Below are positions 38,401 to 49,914 of a stretch of DNA of 64,000 nt, piece by piece (the stretch's first letter is position 1; the number at the start of each line of letters is the position of its first letter). Under the pieces are notes generated by a model. That model searched no databases. It worked only from the letters and a program-made list of their open reading frames with translations, and had not been told where the DNA came from. The stretch is from Callorhinchus milii. Lineage: Eukaryota. The stretch covers positions 60,080,001 to 60,144,000 of the forward strand of contig NW_024704742.1 of assembly GCF_018977255.1 (NCBI RefSeq), in the 5' to 3' direction. Made by a program: the position numbers and the translations under genes.

Positions 38401-39564
38401 ACTAGCATGCGCACCACAGACCTTAAACTAACTGAATGTGTAAATTCCTGGATTAACTCCATTTCCTTTTTTAGAAATGAGTATTACAGAAGAACTTCAG
38501 ACCCAACCATTGTAAGGTTGGACATGTGTTTGGAATGTAAGTGCTACCTCTATATCTGGATTAGGATTATAGTAAGACCTACTTACACAAGTATGCTCAA
38601 TAAGTAGATGGCTATTCACTTGTCACAATCACCTTTGTTTTCCATCTTAAGTAACATGTCTTGAGGCCATTTTCTCATCTGCAATATTTATAATTTGGCT
38701 TGGCTTATAACCATCTAATTATGTTGTCATTGATAGCCATCAGATATTTGATAATGATTTCTTGGACTCCTGAGGTTTTCTTTGATCTCCACAATATGCA
38801 TTCATGATGGAATGTCATGTCAACATATTGAAGGTGGGGAAGGTGTTTAAGTTATTTTTAGCATTTCCTGCATTACATCTGCATTGACCAGGTAAGATCC
38901 ATTAATTGCTTATAAAAGGCAGCAAAGGTGAGGCTTTGATGTTGTAAAACATCTCTTCACCTCTGTATGGCAGTTATAGTCACAATGACATTCAGCTTCA
39001 AAGGCATTGATGCTTCTTTTCCTTCTTTTAAGAAAGTAACAGTGATCGTTGCTGCTGATCGTTAAGGTACTTACACTTCAAAAGGGATTAAAGTCAAATT
39101 ACAAAGAAAGGCGAGACTCATCAAATTCAAGTCAGGCTGTTTGCTTGACTGGAAATCACATGAAACCAAGAATCTTGTGATAATGTGGAAAACTGTGCAG
39201 ACACTTAATTTTTTTTGTTAAAAAGTGATAATTACACTCAATAAAAAAAGCCAAAAATGCAAAATATGGACAGCAGACTTACAACAACTTGTATTTATAT
39301 AGCACCACTTTTGCGGGTTAGTATCCTAGAGTTCTTAAAAACCTTAGGCAAAAAATTTTAAATGTGTCCACTGCAGTCAGATATTACACACAAGTACACC
39401 CGATGAAGTGAATAACTTGGTTATGAATTCAGTGTTTCTAAGATTCCAACAAGTTATAAATTTATTGGAAGTTTGTGTTTAATTATCAAGTCATCCACTT
39501 ATCTTACATTTTACCTGTTAACAATGTCAAGCAGAGCATTCACAGTATTATAAACACAGCTTTA

Positions 39565-39966
39565 ACAACAACAACAACAAAATTACATTTGTAAAGCTTC
39601 TTTCATGTTGGGAGGACGTCCCAAGGCACTGAACGGTCAGGGATCAGGATCTGAGCATGGGGGACAGGGTTGGGATGAGGGAGGGCAGAGAGGGCAGGAG
39701 GGCGGCCAAAGACACGGTCAAAAAGGAACATCTTGAGCAGTGCCTTGAAGGAGGCAAGAGAGGAAGCAAGGTGAAGGGATTGTGGGATGGAGTTCCAAAG
39801 AGTGGGGATAGAGAGGCTGAAAGCCCAGCCGCCGATGGTAGGGCGGGTCTGGTGGGAGACCTGGAGCAGGCTCCCTCCCTCCGCCTGCTGAGCGGAGGGA
39901 GTGGACAGGCTGATAGGGGGTCAGCAGGTCAGAGAAGTAGGAGGTGGTAAAGCTGTGGAGGGCCTT
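39565..39966 (-). mobile_element. L2 3' end (~400 bp) with target-site duplication
   Basis: (TTG)n tail and L2 3' UTR; flanked by taaacacagcttta (39551-39564) and taagcacagcatta (39967-39980). Confidence 0.9.
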
Positions 39967-40522
39967 TAAGCACAGCATTATACAATAAAATTCTTGTATG
40001 ACAAATAACCCTTTGTTCTTCCATTAAATTGTATGACTATTCCTTGTTATTAATCTAATTGGAATATTCTGTCAACAATTATATTTAAAAATAGTTATTG
40101 ATAATAAGACCATTGAAATCGAGCATTTGGTATCCATCTGTTTATCAACTGTATTCTAGTCATTAAGATAGGAGCATCAGGATACATCAGTGCCAATACT
40201 TTGAGGAATTTCATGCTGTAGTTAAAATCAGTATTACACCATGTCTGTCAATGGAGTACAGTAAGGTTGAGAGCTCAATGTAGCTAGGTAATAGCTTCTT
40301 TATATTTGAGTACATATCCCGATTAAATGCCAGAGTAACAGCGACACATAAACCTATGGTATTTGCTCTCATCCTGAACAGGAGTTCTGTCAACGTGCAT
40401 TTCCCTTTATCAGTAGCATCCGTTGCTGGTAAGATAGAACATAAGGCACAATGATGTCTCTTCAATTCTGCAACAGTTATGTATAATTCTCTCTTTTGGT
40501 TGCCTGAGGTTCTGATTTTATA

Positions 40523-40803
40523 GGGTGAAAAATGTTATGTGTGATGTGATAAATTCTCACAGGCAATAATTTCAACATTCACGTATTAATTGGTTATTTT
40601 ACAATCCCACAAATAAAATTGGTCACTCACTCCATGGCTGTTTTTGGGACTTTGCTGTGCACAACTGCCTACTGGGTTTCACACACAGAATTCACAATCA
40701 ATCCACTTCAGAGTATATCCTGTGAAGCGCTTTGAGACGTATTAATGACCTGATAAGGCACTATATCAAACGCAAGGATTATACTATATTGCATTTTTCA
40801 CCC
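40523..40803. mobile_element. Possible MITE (12-bp perfect TIR) containing a Deu-SINE 3' half at ~40610-40786 (+)
   Basis: gggtgaaaaatg (40523-40534) and catttttcaccc (40792-40803) are exact reverse complements; SINE core and tail lie between them. Confidence 0.55.
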
Positions 40804-41244
40804 CGACACGTGGCCACTTAACACGTTAAGTGTTAACACGTTAACAATGTATGACATTATTAGCATTATTATTATTATTAAAATGAGGTATTGATTTCAA
40901 TGGCAGTATTGCGGAATTTCACTTCCAAACTAAGATTGCATTAAGACTGTTTTCCAGACTTTTGCATTATCTTCATTTTTAAGACAACAAAGGCTCATTT
41001 AAGAATCTCCATTCAAGAATCTAATTTTATTTGTCTTCACAGTTGAGATATAGATAGTGGCCACTGGACATATAACTGCTAATTATGGTATTGGAGAAAG
41101 GCTCCTTGGGCTGTTTAGACAATTCTACCTAGTTTGTAATTTATGTATTAGAAATACAAACAGAATTACCTCAGTATGGGATAAGCAGTGGGTGGTTATG
41201 CTTCCATGGGTGGTAAGTGTTCAATTCTGCCTGTAGCCAGAGAA

Positions 41245-41440
41245 GAGAGATTCTTCCAGTGCCCTGACCAAAACTCAAGAAAATTGGTCATTCACTTGAT
41301 GGCTGTATGTGTACAAATTGTCTGCTGCATTTGTCTGCAAAATACACGGAATTACATTTCACAGAAATCCTGTGAAGCGTTTTGAGACATCCTAGTAATG
41401 TGAAAAAGCGGTATATCGAATGCAAGGATTATTATTATTT
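41245..41440 (+). mobile_element. Deu-SINE 3' half
   Basis: aaattggtcattcac...gtgaagcgttttgagacatcc...atatcgaatgcaaggattattattatt. Confidence 0.8.
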
Positions 41441-42271
41441 AAGATACCTCATGGTTTATGGCAATTATTGAATTTGGTGAGTTGACTTCACCTAAGTAAC
41501 TCCCAAGAATATGCAAATTGCTTATAATTGAGTTCCTTGAAATTAAAAACTTCCACTGTATACTAAAGAAAAGGCTAATGTATATTTAATCACAGTTTCA
41601 GTTCACATGGTCTCCTGAGTCATGGGTCATGCTGATACTGCTAGCATCTAAGAGCTAATCTACAGTCCCTGAGTAATTGCTAGTGGTCTTGTAATATGTA
41701 TATTATATAATCACAGATTTAGCCATGAATGTTTTACCATTGTAGAAAAATGTAAAAGCAGCTACTGAAATATTAACACACTGCATTGGACCCCTGGTAT
41801 TAAAAAAAATCATTTAAATGTACATTCAGTTAATGTTTGCACCACAATATGGACAAAGGTTATTCGTAAAACAAGAACTCAGCAAATCACTAAACGTAAT
41901 AAGATTTGTTATCAAGAAAGCCTTCAGGAAGTGTGAACCCTTTAAAAATTGATAACATCAAATCATAGATTTTATGAGTTTTAGCAAAAAGTCTTTTGGT
42001 TTTGTTCAATATTTTACCTTGGAAAAAAAATTATTTTACAAGAATACATTTTCGTATACCTTGCACATATGTTTTTTGATCATAAGACCAACTACACATA
42101 AACACATTTTGGATAAAAAGGTATTGTAACTTGTGTCTGTAGGGGGGAGCTATTGTGATTAAATTGTAGAGATTTAGAGAATGTATACATCATTGCCAAT
42201 TTCAGTATGTTGCCATGATCAATTAATAGGTAAGCAGCTGGATCATAAAGGAAATAATTGAGGTAACTTTT

Positions 42272-44733
42272 ACGACGACAACAAAATTACATTTGTATAG
42301 TGCCTTTCGGGAGGATGTCCAAAGGTGCTGGACAGATAGAATTTTGGACCCGAGCTGGGGGCCGGGATCGGGGAGGGTGGAGGGCAGGGGAAAAGCAAGG
42401 CGGTCGAAAGCATGGTCAGAGCGGAGGGTCTTCAGATGGGTCTTCAAGGACATAAGAGAAGGGACAAGGTAGGGAGGCCTGTGGAATGGATCTCCAGAGA
42501 GTGGGGGCAGAGTGGTAGAAGACCCGCCTGCCAAAAGAGAGGGAGGGGGATGTGAAGCAGGCTGAGTCCACTGACTGGAGGGAATGAGCAGGATGGTATG
42601 GGGTTAGGAGATCACAGAGGTAGTGGGGAGCAAGACCATGGAGGGCTTTGTAGGTGAGAACCAGGATCTTGAACTGTATCCTCTGTGTGATGGGAAGCCA
42701 GTGGAGTCATGCGAGGATGAGGTGATAGGGTCACAGAGCCTGGTGTGGGAGAGGACACGGGCTGCAGAGTTCTAAATGATCTGCAGCCTATGGAGGGAGG
42801 AGTTTGGGAGGCCGACAAGCAATGAGTTTGCATAGTCAAGCCTCAATATAATGAATGCATGTATGAGGGTTTTGGCGGCCTCGGGTGTGAGACAGTGGCG
42901 GAGCCGGGTGATGTTGCTGAGGTGTGGGAAGGCAGAGCGGGTCCTGGCATGGATGTGGGGTAGAAAGGATAGTTGAGGATGAAACAAGACACCAAATTTC
43001 CAGACAGGCTTAGTAAGGTGGAGTGTGCAACCATGGAAGGTGATGCTATCAGGACCTGAGGTGAGGAGGCGCTGACGGGAGCCAATCAGGGGAGTCTTGG
43101 TCTTGTTGACATTCAACTGAAGAAAGTTAGCTCTCATCCAGGACTTGATGTCTGACAAACATTCTTTCAAGACACCAGTGGTCCTATAGTTAAGGGTGGA
43201 GGCAGAGAGGTAGAGTTGGGTGTCATCCGCATACATGTGAAAGTTGACCCCATGTCTGCAGATAATGTCACCAAGAGGGAGCATATAGATATTGAAGAGG
43301 AGAGGACCAAGGTCAGAGTCCTGAGGAACGCCGCACGAGACGGTGTGGGGGCTAGAGGAGAAACTGTTTGTGGAGATGAAGTGGAGGCAATGTGAGAGGT
43401 ACGATCTGAACCAGTCAAGGACAGAGCCGTGAAGGTTGAGCTGAGAGGCCAGGCGATGGATGAGGATAGCATGGTCAATGGTGTCAAAGGCAGAAGAGAG
43501 GTCAAGGAGGATGAGGAGGCAAAGGATGCCCTGTTCGCAGATGGACAGACTGTCATTTTTCACTTTGACCAGGGCTGTTTCTGTGCTGTGGTCATCATGG
43601 AAACCTGTTTGGAGGGGTTTGTGAAGGGAGTGGCAGGAGAGGAAGGAGCAAACTGGGAAGCAACAGCTCATTCCAAGACCTGGGAAAAGAAAGAGAGGTT
43701 GGAGATGGAGTGGTAGTTTGGGAGAAGAGATGGATCCAGGGAGCGTTTTTTAAGGATACGAGTGATGACAGCAGTTTTGATGTGGGTGGGAACCAGAGGA
43801 TAGGGGAGGTTTATGATATCTGTGAGTAGAGGGGCAAGGAGGTGGAGCAGGGAGGTAAGGGGAGAAGTATTGATGGGGTCGAGGGAGCAGGTGGTTGGTT
43901 TCAAGTGGGTTATGAAAGAGGAGTGGGAGACATGTTCAAAGGTGTAGAGGGAGGGATGGGTAGGGGCTGTTGTGGGAGTGGGAGATGGAGTGGGTGTATC
44001 AAATGGAATGGCAGAGGCTGCTGAGTGGATCCCCTCAATTTTGGATTCGAGGAAGTCCAACATTGCCTCGCAGTTGGCAATTGAGGCGAGAATGGGCGAG
44101 GCATGAGACGGTGGGCGATGCATGAGACGGTGGGCAGAGGAGCCAGTTCGTGATGGAGAAGAGGAATCTGGGGTTGTCCTTAGCCTCCAAGATTGACTTG
44201 GAGTAGAACAACAACAACAACAATCCTTGCATTTGATATAGCGCTTTTCACATCAGGAGGACGTCCCAAAGCGCTTCACAGAATATACTGTAAAGTGAAT
44301 TGACTGTATATTTGGTGGGCGAGGAGGATAGATCATTGTGGAAGGAAGCCCAGGTGGGAAGGAGTTCAAATGACTCCAAGGCAGCCAAGAGGGAGGGGAT
44401 GGAGATTTTTTCTAGGGGTGGTAGGAGATGGAGGTGGGTTGGGTGGCAGAGGTGAGACCGATTGAGGAGTTAATGGAGATTAAGTGATTGTCCGAAATTG
44501 CTTTTATTGATGATGGTGAGGTCTGAGACAGTGAGGCCTCAAGTGATCACCAGGTTGAGGAGTTGACTGCCAACGTGGGTTGCGGAGTGAATGTGGAGGG
44601 AAAGGTTGAGGGAGGAGATAAGAGAGGAGATGTCAGCAGATTTAGAGCAGAAGGAGGTGAAGGAAGGTTGAAGTTGCCTAGGATGAAGAGGTGTTTGGAG
44701 CAGAGGGAGAGGGAAGATAGGAGGGTGGAGATG
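42272..44733 (-). mobile_element. L2 LINE, ~2.4 kb, part of APE endonuclease through RT and 3' UTR, with a SINE fragment inside
   Basis: ORF 42772-43671 (299 aa, no stop) contains STETALVKV, LDLSSAFDTIDH, GVPQ, YADDTQLY. Upstream minus-strand translation gives LFILGNFNL, ATHVGSQLLNLVIT and AISDNHL (endonuclease GDFN / TH..G..LDL / SDH motifs). Confidence 0.95.
44207..44322 (-). mobile_element. Deu-SINE 3' fragment with (TTG)n tail, nested in L2
   Basis: aacaacaacaacaacaatccttgcatttgatatagcgcttttcacatcaggaggacgtcccaaagcgcttcacagaatatactgtaaagtgaattgactg. Confidence 0.9.
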
Positions 44734-45022
44734 TTTTAATTTCAGTTTTTAAAATACCAAAAGTACAACAACAACAATTTGCATTGATAAAGCCCCCTTC
44801 ACGTACATTAACAATGCAATACAAATTTAAATTTATTATACACCTTTTACATCAGGAACACATCCAAAAGCATTTGATATTGCTGACTGGGCACATGAGC
44901 TAGGTGTGGATATTGGAGCATTGATATATCCATTATAGACTTATTAGCCTACAATATATGGTCATTACACTTTCCAGTGTATCCTTTGAAGCACTCTGAG
45001 ATGTACTACTGATGCCATATAA

Positions 45023-45287
45023 TGATAATAATAATAATAATCTTTGCATTTGATATGATGCCATATCACATCATTGAGACAATTCAAAGTACTTCACAGA
45101 ATATACTGTAAAGTGAATTCACTGTATATTTTGTAAGCAAAATGTGGCAGCCAATTGTACACAGCAGTGTCCCGCAAACAGATTGTAACCAACTTATTTA
45201 TTTATTTGTTTGTTTGTTTGTTTGTTTGTTCGTTTGTTTGCTTATGGAGTTAGTTAGTTAGTTAGTCAGTCAGTCAGTCAGTCAGTC

Positions 45288-45319
<32 letters not shown>

Positions 45320-45445
45320 GGTTGGTTGCTTACTTACTTACTCATACTTTTTAGAAGTGATTTTTACCCCCGGAAGGCGATCCACCAATCAACGAACAAC
45401 TGGGTTCCTACGTACGCAAGGTAAACAGAGGCATGTGGAGTAAGT
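45023..45445 (-). mobile_element. Deu-SINE, long subfamily, 5'-truncated, with an expanded internal microsatellite
   Basis: Tail and Deu core at 45023-45190; internal segment ccccggaaggcgatccaccaatcaacgaacaactgggttccta...gtaaacagaggcatgtggagtaag at 45365-45444. Confidence 0.85.
45194..45343. repeat. Compound tetranucleotide microsatellite
   Basis: Successive arrays (ttta)n (tttg)n (agtt)n (agtc)n (agtt)n (ggtt)n (actt)n. Confidence 0.95.
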
Positions 45446-45462
45446 TCAATAGGGATGATAAT

Positions 45463-45935
45463 ATTTTTGGTTAGCCTGGTGTCCAATACATGCGAGATTT
45501 CATCCCAAACGTAACAGTATTCGAACAAGAATGAGAGTTTCCATTATTCTGTCACTTACACAAGAAAATGTCCCTATGTCTGGAATGGAATATACACTCT
45601 CTCCCTGAGTTCGCACCCTACTTACTTAAATAGAGAAAGTATATTCACCAACAAAATACGCAATAATTCCTGACATGATGAAAGGCATTATATGAAATGT
45701 AAGGATTATGAAGGATTATATTATTATAAATTGCAGGTTGATGAAAGCCAAAGATTGTTGACCCAGAATGTACGTAGTGTACTGCTGTAGTGTAACCAAC
45801 TAAAACCACACAACTTGCAATTGAATAAGCTTCTTGTTGCTTCGCCAGTTGAGACCACCCTGTAGGTTATGGTTTGGGCTTGGAGGGTAAACAGGAGTTG
45901 ATAGGGAAGAAACCCTGCTCCCAGTCATGGCCTGT
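45463..45935 (+). repeat. Unclassified repeat, copy 4, interrupted by a SINE tail at ~45640-45727
   Basis: tttttggttagcctggtgtccaa...ccctatgtctggaatggaatatacactctctccctgag...gccaaagattgttgacccaga...ctaaaaccacacaacttgc. Confidence 0.7.
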
Positions 45936-46864
45936 TAAAGTGGTGAAAAAAAAGTGTCACTGATCCAGTCCTTTTAGAGAAGACAATCAAATGCTAATGA
46001 TTCTTCTAAATTGATGAATTATTGAGTAATCCCCTCAATCATATGATCTTTGACAGTTTGTTTATTTTTTTAAAAAAAGCAGCATCCTGCAATTGATTTG
46101 TTTCTGTTGCACTTCCGAGCTAGGTTTTTGCCTTCCAGCCTTGTTTGATTATGAGCTGACATGCAAGTCAAGCAACCAAATTGTCTTAATTACTAATTAC
46201 TAATTCCCGAATCATTACTAATCATTCAATTATTATTTACTATCTTTGATCATTATACCCTGATATTTATGGTTAGCAATTACTTTCTTCCCAATGTAAC
46301 TGCTAAATATTAATTTTCAACAATATTGCTTTAGATTCTGAGAACAAGTGTCTTGCAATAACAGAGAATGACTGTTCTATCAAGCCAAGCAATACTGGGA
46401 TTTCCACAAAAATGGATCAGACAAAACATGTTTTTAATACTAAAACACAATTGGTCATGTTCAAATTAAGCATTTTGAATCAAAATGGCAATTTTACTCT
46501 CAAATAAAACAACTTACAATCGAAGTGATTAAAAGGTTTTAATGTTCTGCAAAAAATGTCATTAAAAAAAATATCTTTAACATGTTTGTTTTATGATCCT
46601 GCAATTCTTTGTGCTAGCAACTTTAATTTTGTTTGAAATAATTATACATTAATACATAATAGTAGTTCAGTACTACAGCGTTTATAATGATATGCTGCTG
46701 TGGAAAGTAAGCTAGAATGTAACTTCAGATCAATATTGGATTTAAATCAAGTACAGTAATTCTAATTTATTCCATAATTATCAAACAGTCCTTGCTAATG
46801 ATGTATCCTAGCTTTTACTTGCTGATTTGCCCCAATATCGATGGACAAATTTTCAGACATTCCC

Positions 46865-47493
46865 CCAGCCCCCCCACTCACCCCAACTCTCTATCCCAGA
46901 GTCTCACTGCTTGCCTACTCCGTCCCTGTCTTCAAAACCCCCTTAAGACTTATCTGGAACTCAGTGGTTAGAGAACTCGCCTCACAAGCGAGAGACCTAG
47001 GTTCGATTCCCGGCAGGGCGAAAAGTTAAGCAAGTTTCCTTACTCCACACGCCTCTGTTTACCTAGCAGTAAATAGGAACCCGGTTGTTAGTCGATTGGC
47101 GGATCGCTTTTACGGGGGTAATAATTCCTTCAAAAGTATAAAATTTAAAAACATAATAATAAATTGGTCACTTCAATCCACGACTGTTTATGGGACACTG
47201 CTGTGCGCAATAGGCTGCCGCGTTTCGCCCACAAAATATACAGTCAATTGACTTTGCAGTATATTCTGTGAAGCGCTTTGAGACGTCTTGAAGATGTGAT
47301 AAGGCGCTATATGAACTGTAAGGATTATTATTATTTTCTTTTTCAGCCATCCTTCACCACCCACTCCCTCTTCACCTTGGTGCTCAGGACCCTTTTCCCA
47401 TCCCAAGCTTTTAAGTTCCCAGCTGGCTGTGTAAAGTGCGTTGAGACATCCTCTTGATGTGAAAGGCACTATATCATTGAAATTGTTGTTGAT
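46865..47493 (+). mobile_element. Old L2 3' UTR split by a SINE insertion
   Basis: gtcttcaaaacccccttaagact before the SINE; after it cagccatccttc...gagacatcctcttgatgtgaaaggcactatatcattgaaattgttgttg. Confidence 0.65.
46956..47335 (+). mobile_element. tRNA-headed Deu-SINE, long subfamily, essentially full length
   Basis: ctcagtggttagag (A box), ctcgcctcacaagcgag (tRNA-Val-like arm), ggttcgattccc (B box), CORE/Meta-like gcaagtttccttactccacacgcctctgtttacctagcagtaaatagg, Deu core, (TTA)n tail. Confidence 0.92.
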
Positions 47494-47734
47494 TTTTCTG
47501 GAAAAAGGCCACTATATCAAATGTTAAGAAAAACAAATGTCAGTAGCAGAAATATATATTTTTCTCCCTTAATCATCTTTATAAATGTTATCGTCCAAAG
47601 TGTAGTAGACGCTTCAGGTAAGGCTAGCTAAAAGGACTGGGGAACTGGAAAATGAAGAAATGCAACTTTTCTTGCTGTGATAATTGTCACTAAAACAACG
47701 AAAACTATTAGCCCCATCAAACCCAGAGATCTCA

Positions 47735-47960
47735 TCCAAATTTATGTCCATTAGACCTTGAAGGAGACAAGAGAAGGGATGAGTTGAAGGGTCTCCAGGA
47801 TGGAGTTCCAGTGGGTGTGGGCAGATACATTGAAAGCTCGATCACCGATGGTAGGATGGGTAGGAAGCAACATGAAATAGGCCAATGCAAACTGAGCAGG
47901 TACACAAACTGGTTTGTAGATTTGATCTGGAAAAATTGAGCAGATAAGTCAAAGAATAGA
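47735..47960 (-). mobile_element. Old L2 3' fragment
   Basis: ccttgaaggagacaagag...ggatggagttccagtgggtgtgggcag...accgatggtagg resembles the L2 3' region at 39740-39845. Confidence 0.55.
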
Positions 47961-48039
47961 TATGGATTTTGATGTAAGCAAAAGCTTGGACCAAAAATAT
48001 TAACCATGTATATAAAATGCAAGGATGGCCATTAGCTGA

Positions 48040-48450
48040 GGTGGAAAAGAAAGATGCTTATTGATCACTAACCGAAGGCTTTGAGTCAATGTGAAGCTGT
48101 TGTTAACAATGCTAATCAAACAGCAAGCAGCATCTCAAGGGGGTCTAGCTATAAATTGGATAAAGTTATTCTGAACTTGAATGGATCCCTGTGCCTTCTG
48201 AACAAAAGTTGAATCATTAGAGAGGCTTCACAGAAGAGCAAGCAGAATGATTTCCAAGTTTAGGGATCAATGTTTATGAGAAGATTGAAATTAATATTGT
48301 TTTAGAGAAAAAGATGGCTGAAGGATATTATTCAGACCTTTAAATGTGAGAAGAATAGATGCTGTAAATTTAAGCAGCCTACTTGACTTGAGACTGTGAG
48401 AGCAGAAAAAGAGGGCATAGATTTAAAATAAGGAGGACTCTGGTGGGGCT
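48040..48450 (+). mobile_element. Old CR1 ORF2 C-terminal fragment
   Basis: cattagagaggcttcacagaagagcaagcagaatgatt (LERLHRRASRMI), tatgagaagattg, ttagagaaaagatggctg, agagggcatagattt (RGHRF). Confidence 0.65.
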
Positions 48451-48519
48451 GCAGTTCAGAACATTGATTATAGTGTCAATTTGGAAGAGCTTTCGCCTCT
48501 ATTTGTTATCTCAAGACCA

Positions 48520-48810
48520 ATGTTGGGACTTTATCTGATAATCTAGGCTGATACTTCAGAGCAGTACTGAAAGGATGTTGCATTGCTGGAGGTGCCATCT
48601 TTTGGATGAGATGTTAAATTGAGATCCTTCCTCTCTGCTTGTTTTCAGGTGGATAGTGAAGATCCCATGAAACACTTTGAAAAGAGAAATGGATCAACAA
48701 TCCTCCTGCTTGATTGATTCTTCATGACTATTCATGAGACCATCCTGGCAGAATGATTGCCTGGTTTGCTTACAGCACAGAATAATTTCTGTGAAGCTCT
48801 TTGAGGTAAC
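48520..48810 (+). mobile_element. Old Deu-SINE fragment
   Basis: aatctaggctgatacttcagagcagtactga...ggaggtgccatcttttggatgagatgttaaa...caggtgga...gatcccatg. Confidence 0.75.
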
Positions 48811-49914
48811 TTAACTTAAACAATGTTGAAAATGCCTTATCTGTTGATGATGAGTCAGTTTTACTTTCTGAAGTTTTAGGGTCTGTTATGAACTGTTATG
48901 CTGTGTCATTTTTCTTAGAAAGATAAATGTATGAATCCAAATGATCAGACTAAATTTGGATTTAAGTTAAGTATGGATTGGCTGTCATCCATAGCCATTT
49001 AATCATTGCCGTCAGCAGATTGTGAAGAGTGGGAGCATAGAGCTTGTGCCATTCATGCCCTCACATTAAAGTATAAGGATTCTAAAAGACAAACACAACC
49101 TTCCACATATAGCTTTTGTTTTACACTTTGACCTCAATAATAAAATTTCAAAGTTCATAAGGGACATGTTTCATTTCTAGTGCAGACCTTGACTCTAGAA
49201 ATCGGAGGTTCAAATCTGGTTTCAAGCTCAATTGGTTGGGGTCAGTTCAGGTCGAACCAAAATGGAAATCCAAAGCAGAAGGTGATTTGTTATGTCCCTG
49301 TCAGTAACCAAGTAGCATTTTTTCTTTTTGTCTCCCAGCAGGCCCATCATAGATGAGATTTAGTCTTCATGCACATTAATTTTGTTTCAAATAAATTTAG
49401 GAGAATACAGAGAACATTAGTAGCCTTTTAATGGGACCACTCCACAGTGAGCACAGCGTTTGCTTGATTAATGATTCCCTATTGAATAAATAATGTAGAG
49501 AATGAACTGTTACCTGTTCAAACATTCCATTTAGCAAATTGTTTCTGTTAACTGACGACCACTGATGGACATGTACTTGATCCAGAAAAGAAACTGCTTC
49601 TATTTCTTCTTTATATAAAATATAATTAATTTTACTGGCATGTTAGGTTACTACTAAAGATGTTTCATTTTTTTAACTATTCTAAACATTATGGAAAATC
49701 TTATTATTCTTTCCAGCAAAATACATTTCATTTAATGTGTTTACATAAAATTACATAGACTGTCCAACAGCGAAATAGGCCCAACTAGTTATTGTGTATC
49801 ATTAGTGTTTATACTCCAATGGAGACTCTACCCCTCCTAATCCCCCTCTCTCTATCCACATCCCTCCATTGGCTTTTCCTTAATGTGTGCTTGTCCCACA
49901 TGTATGCATGTTTA

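Noticed and set aside
49318..49365. Strong NAGNAG acceptor tttctttttgtctcccagcag
   Set aside because: Stop codons follow quickly and no good donor was found nearby.
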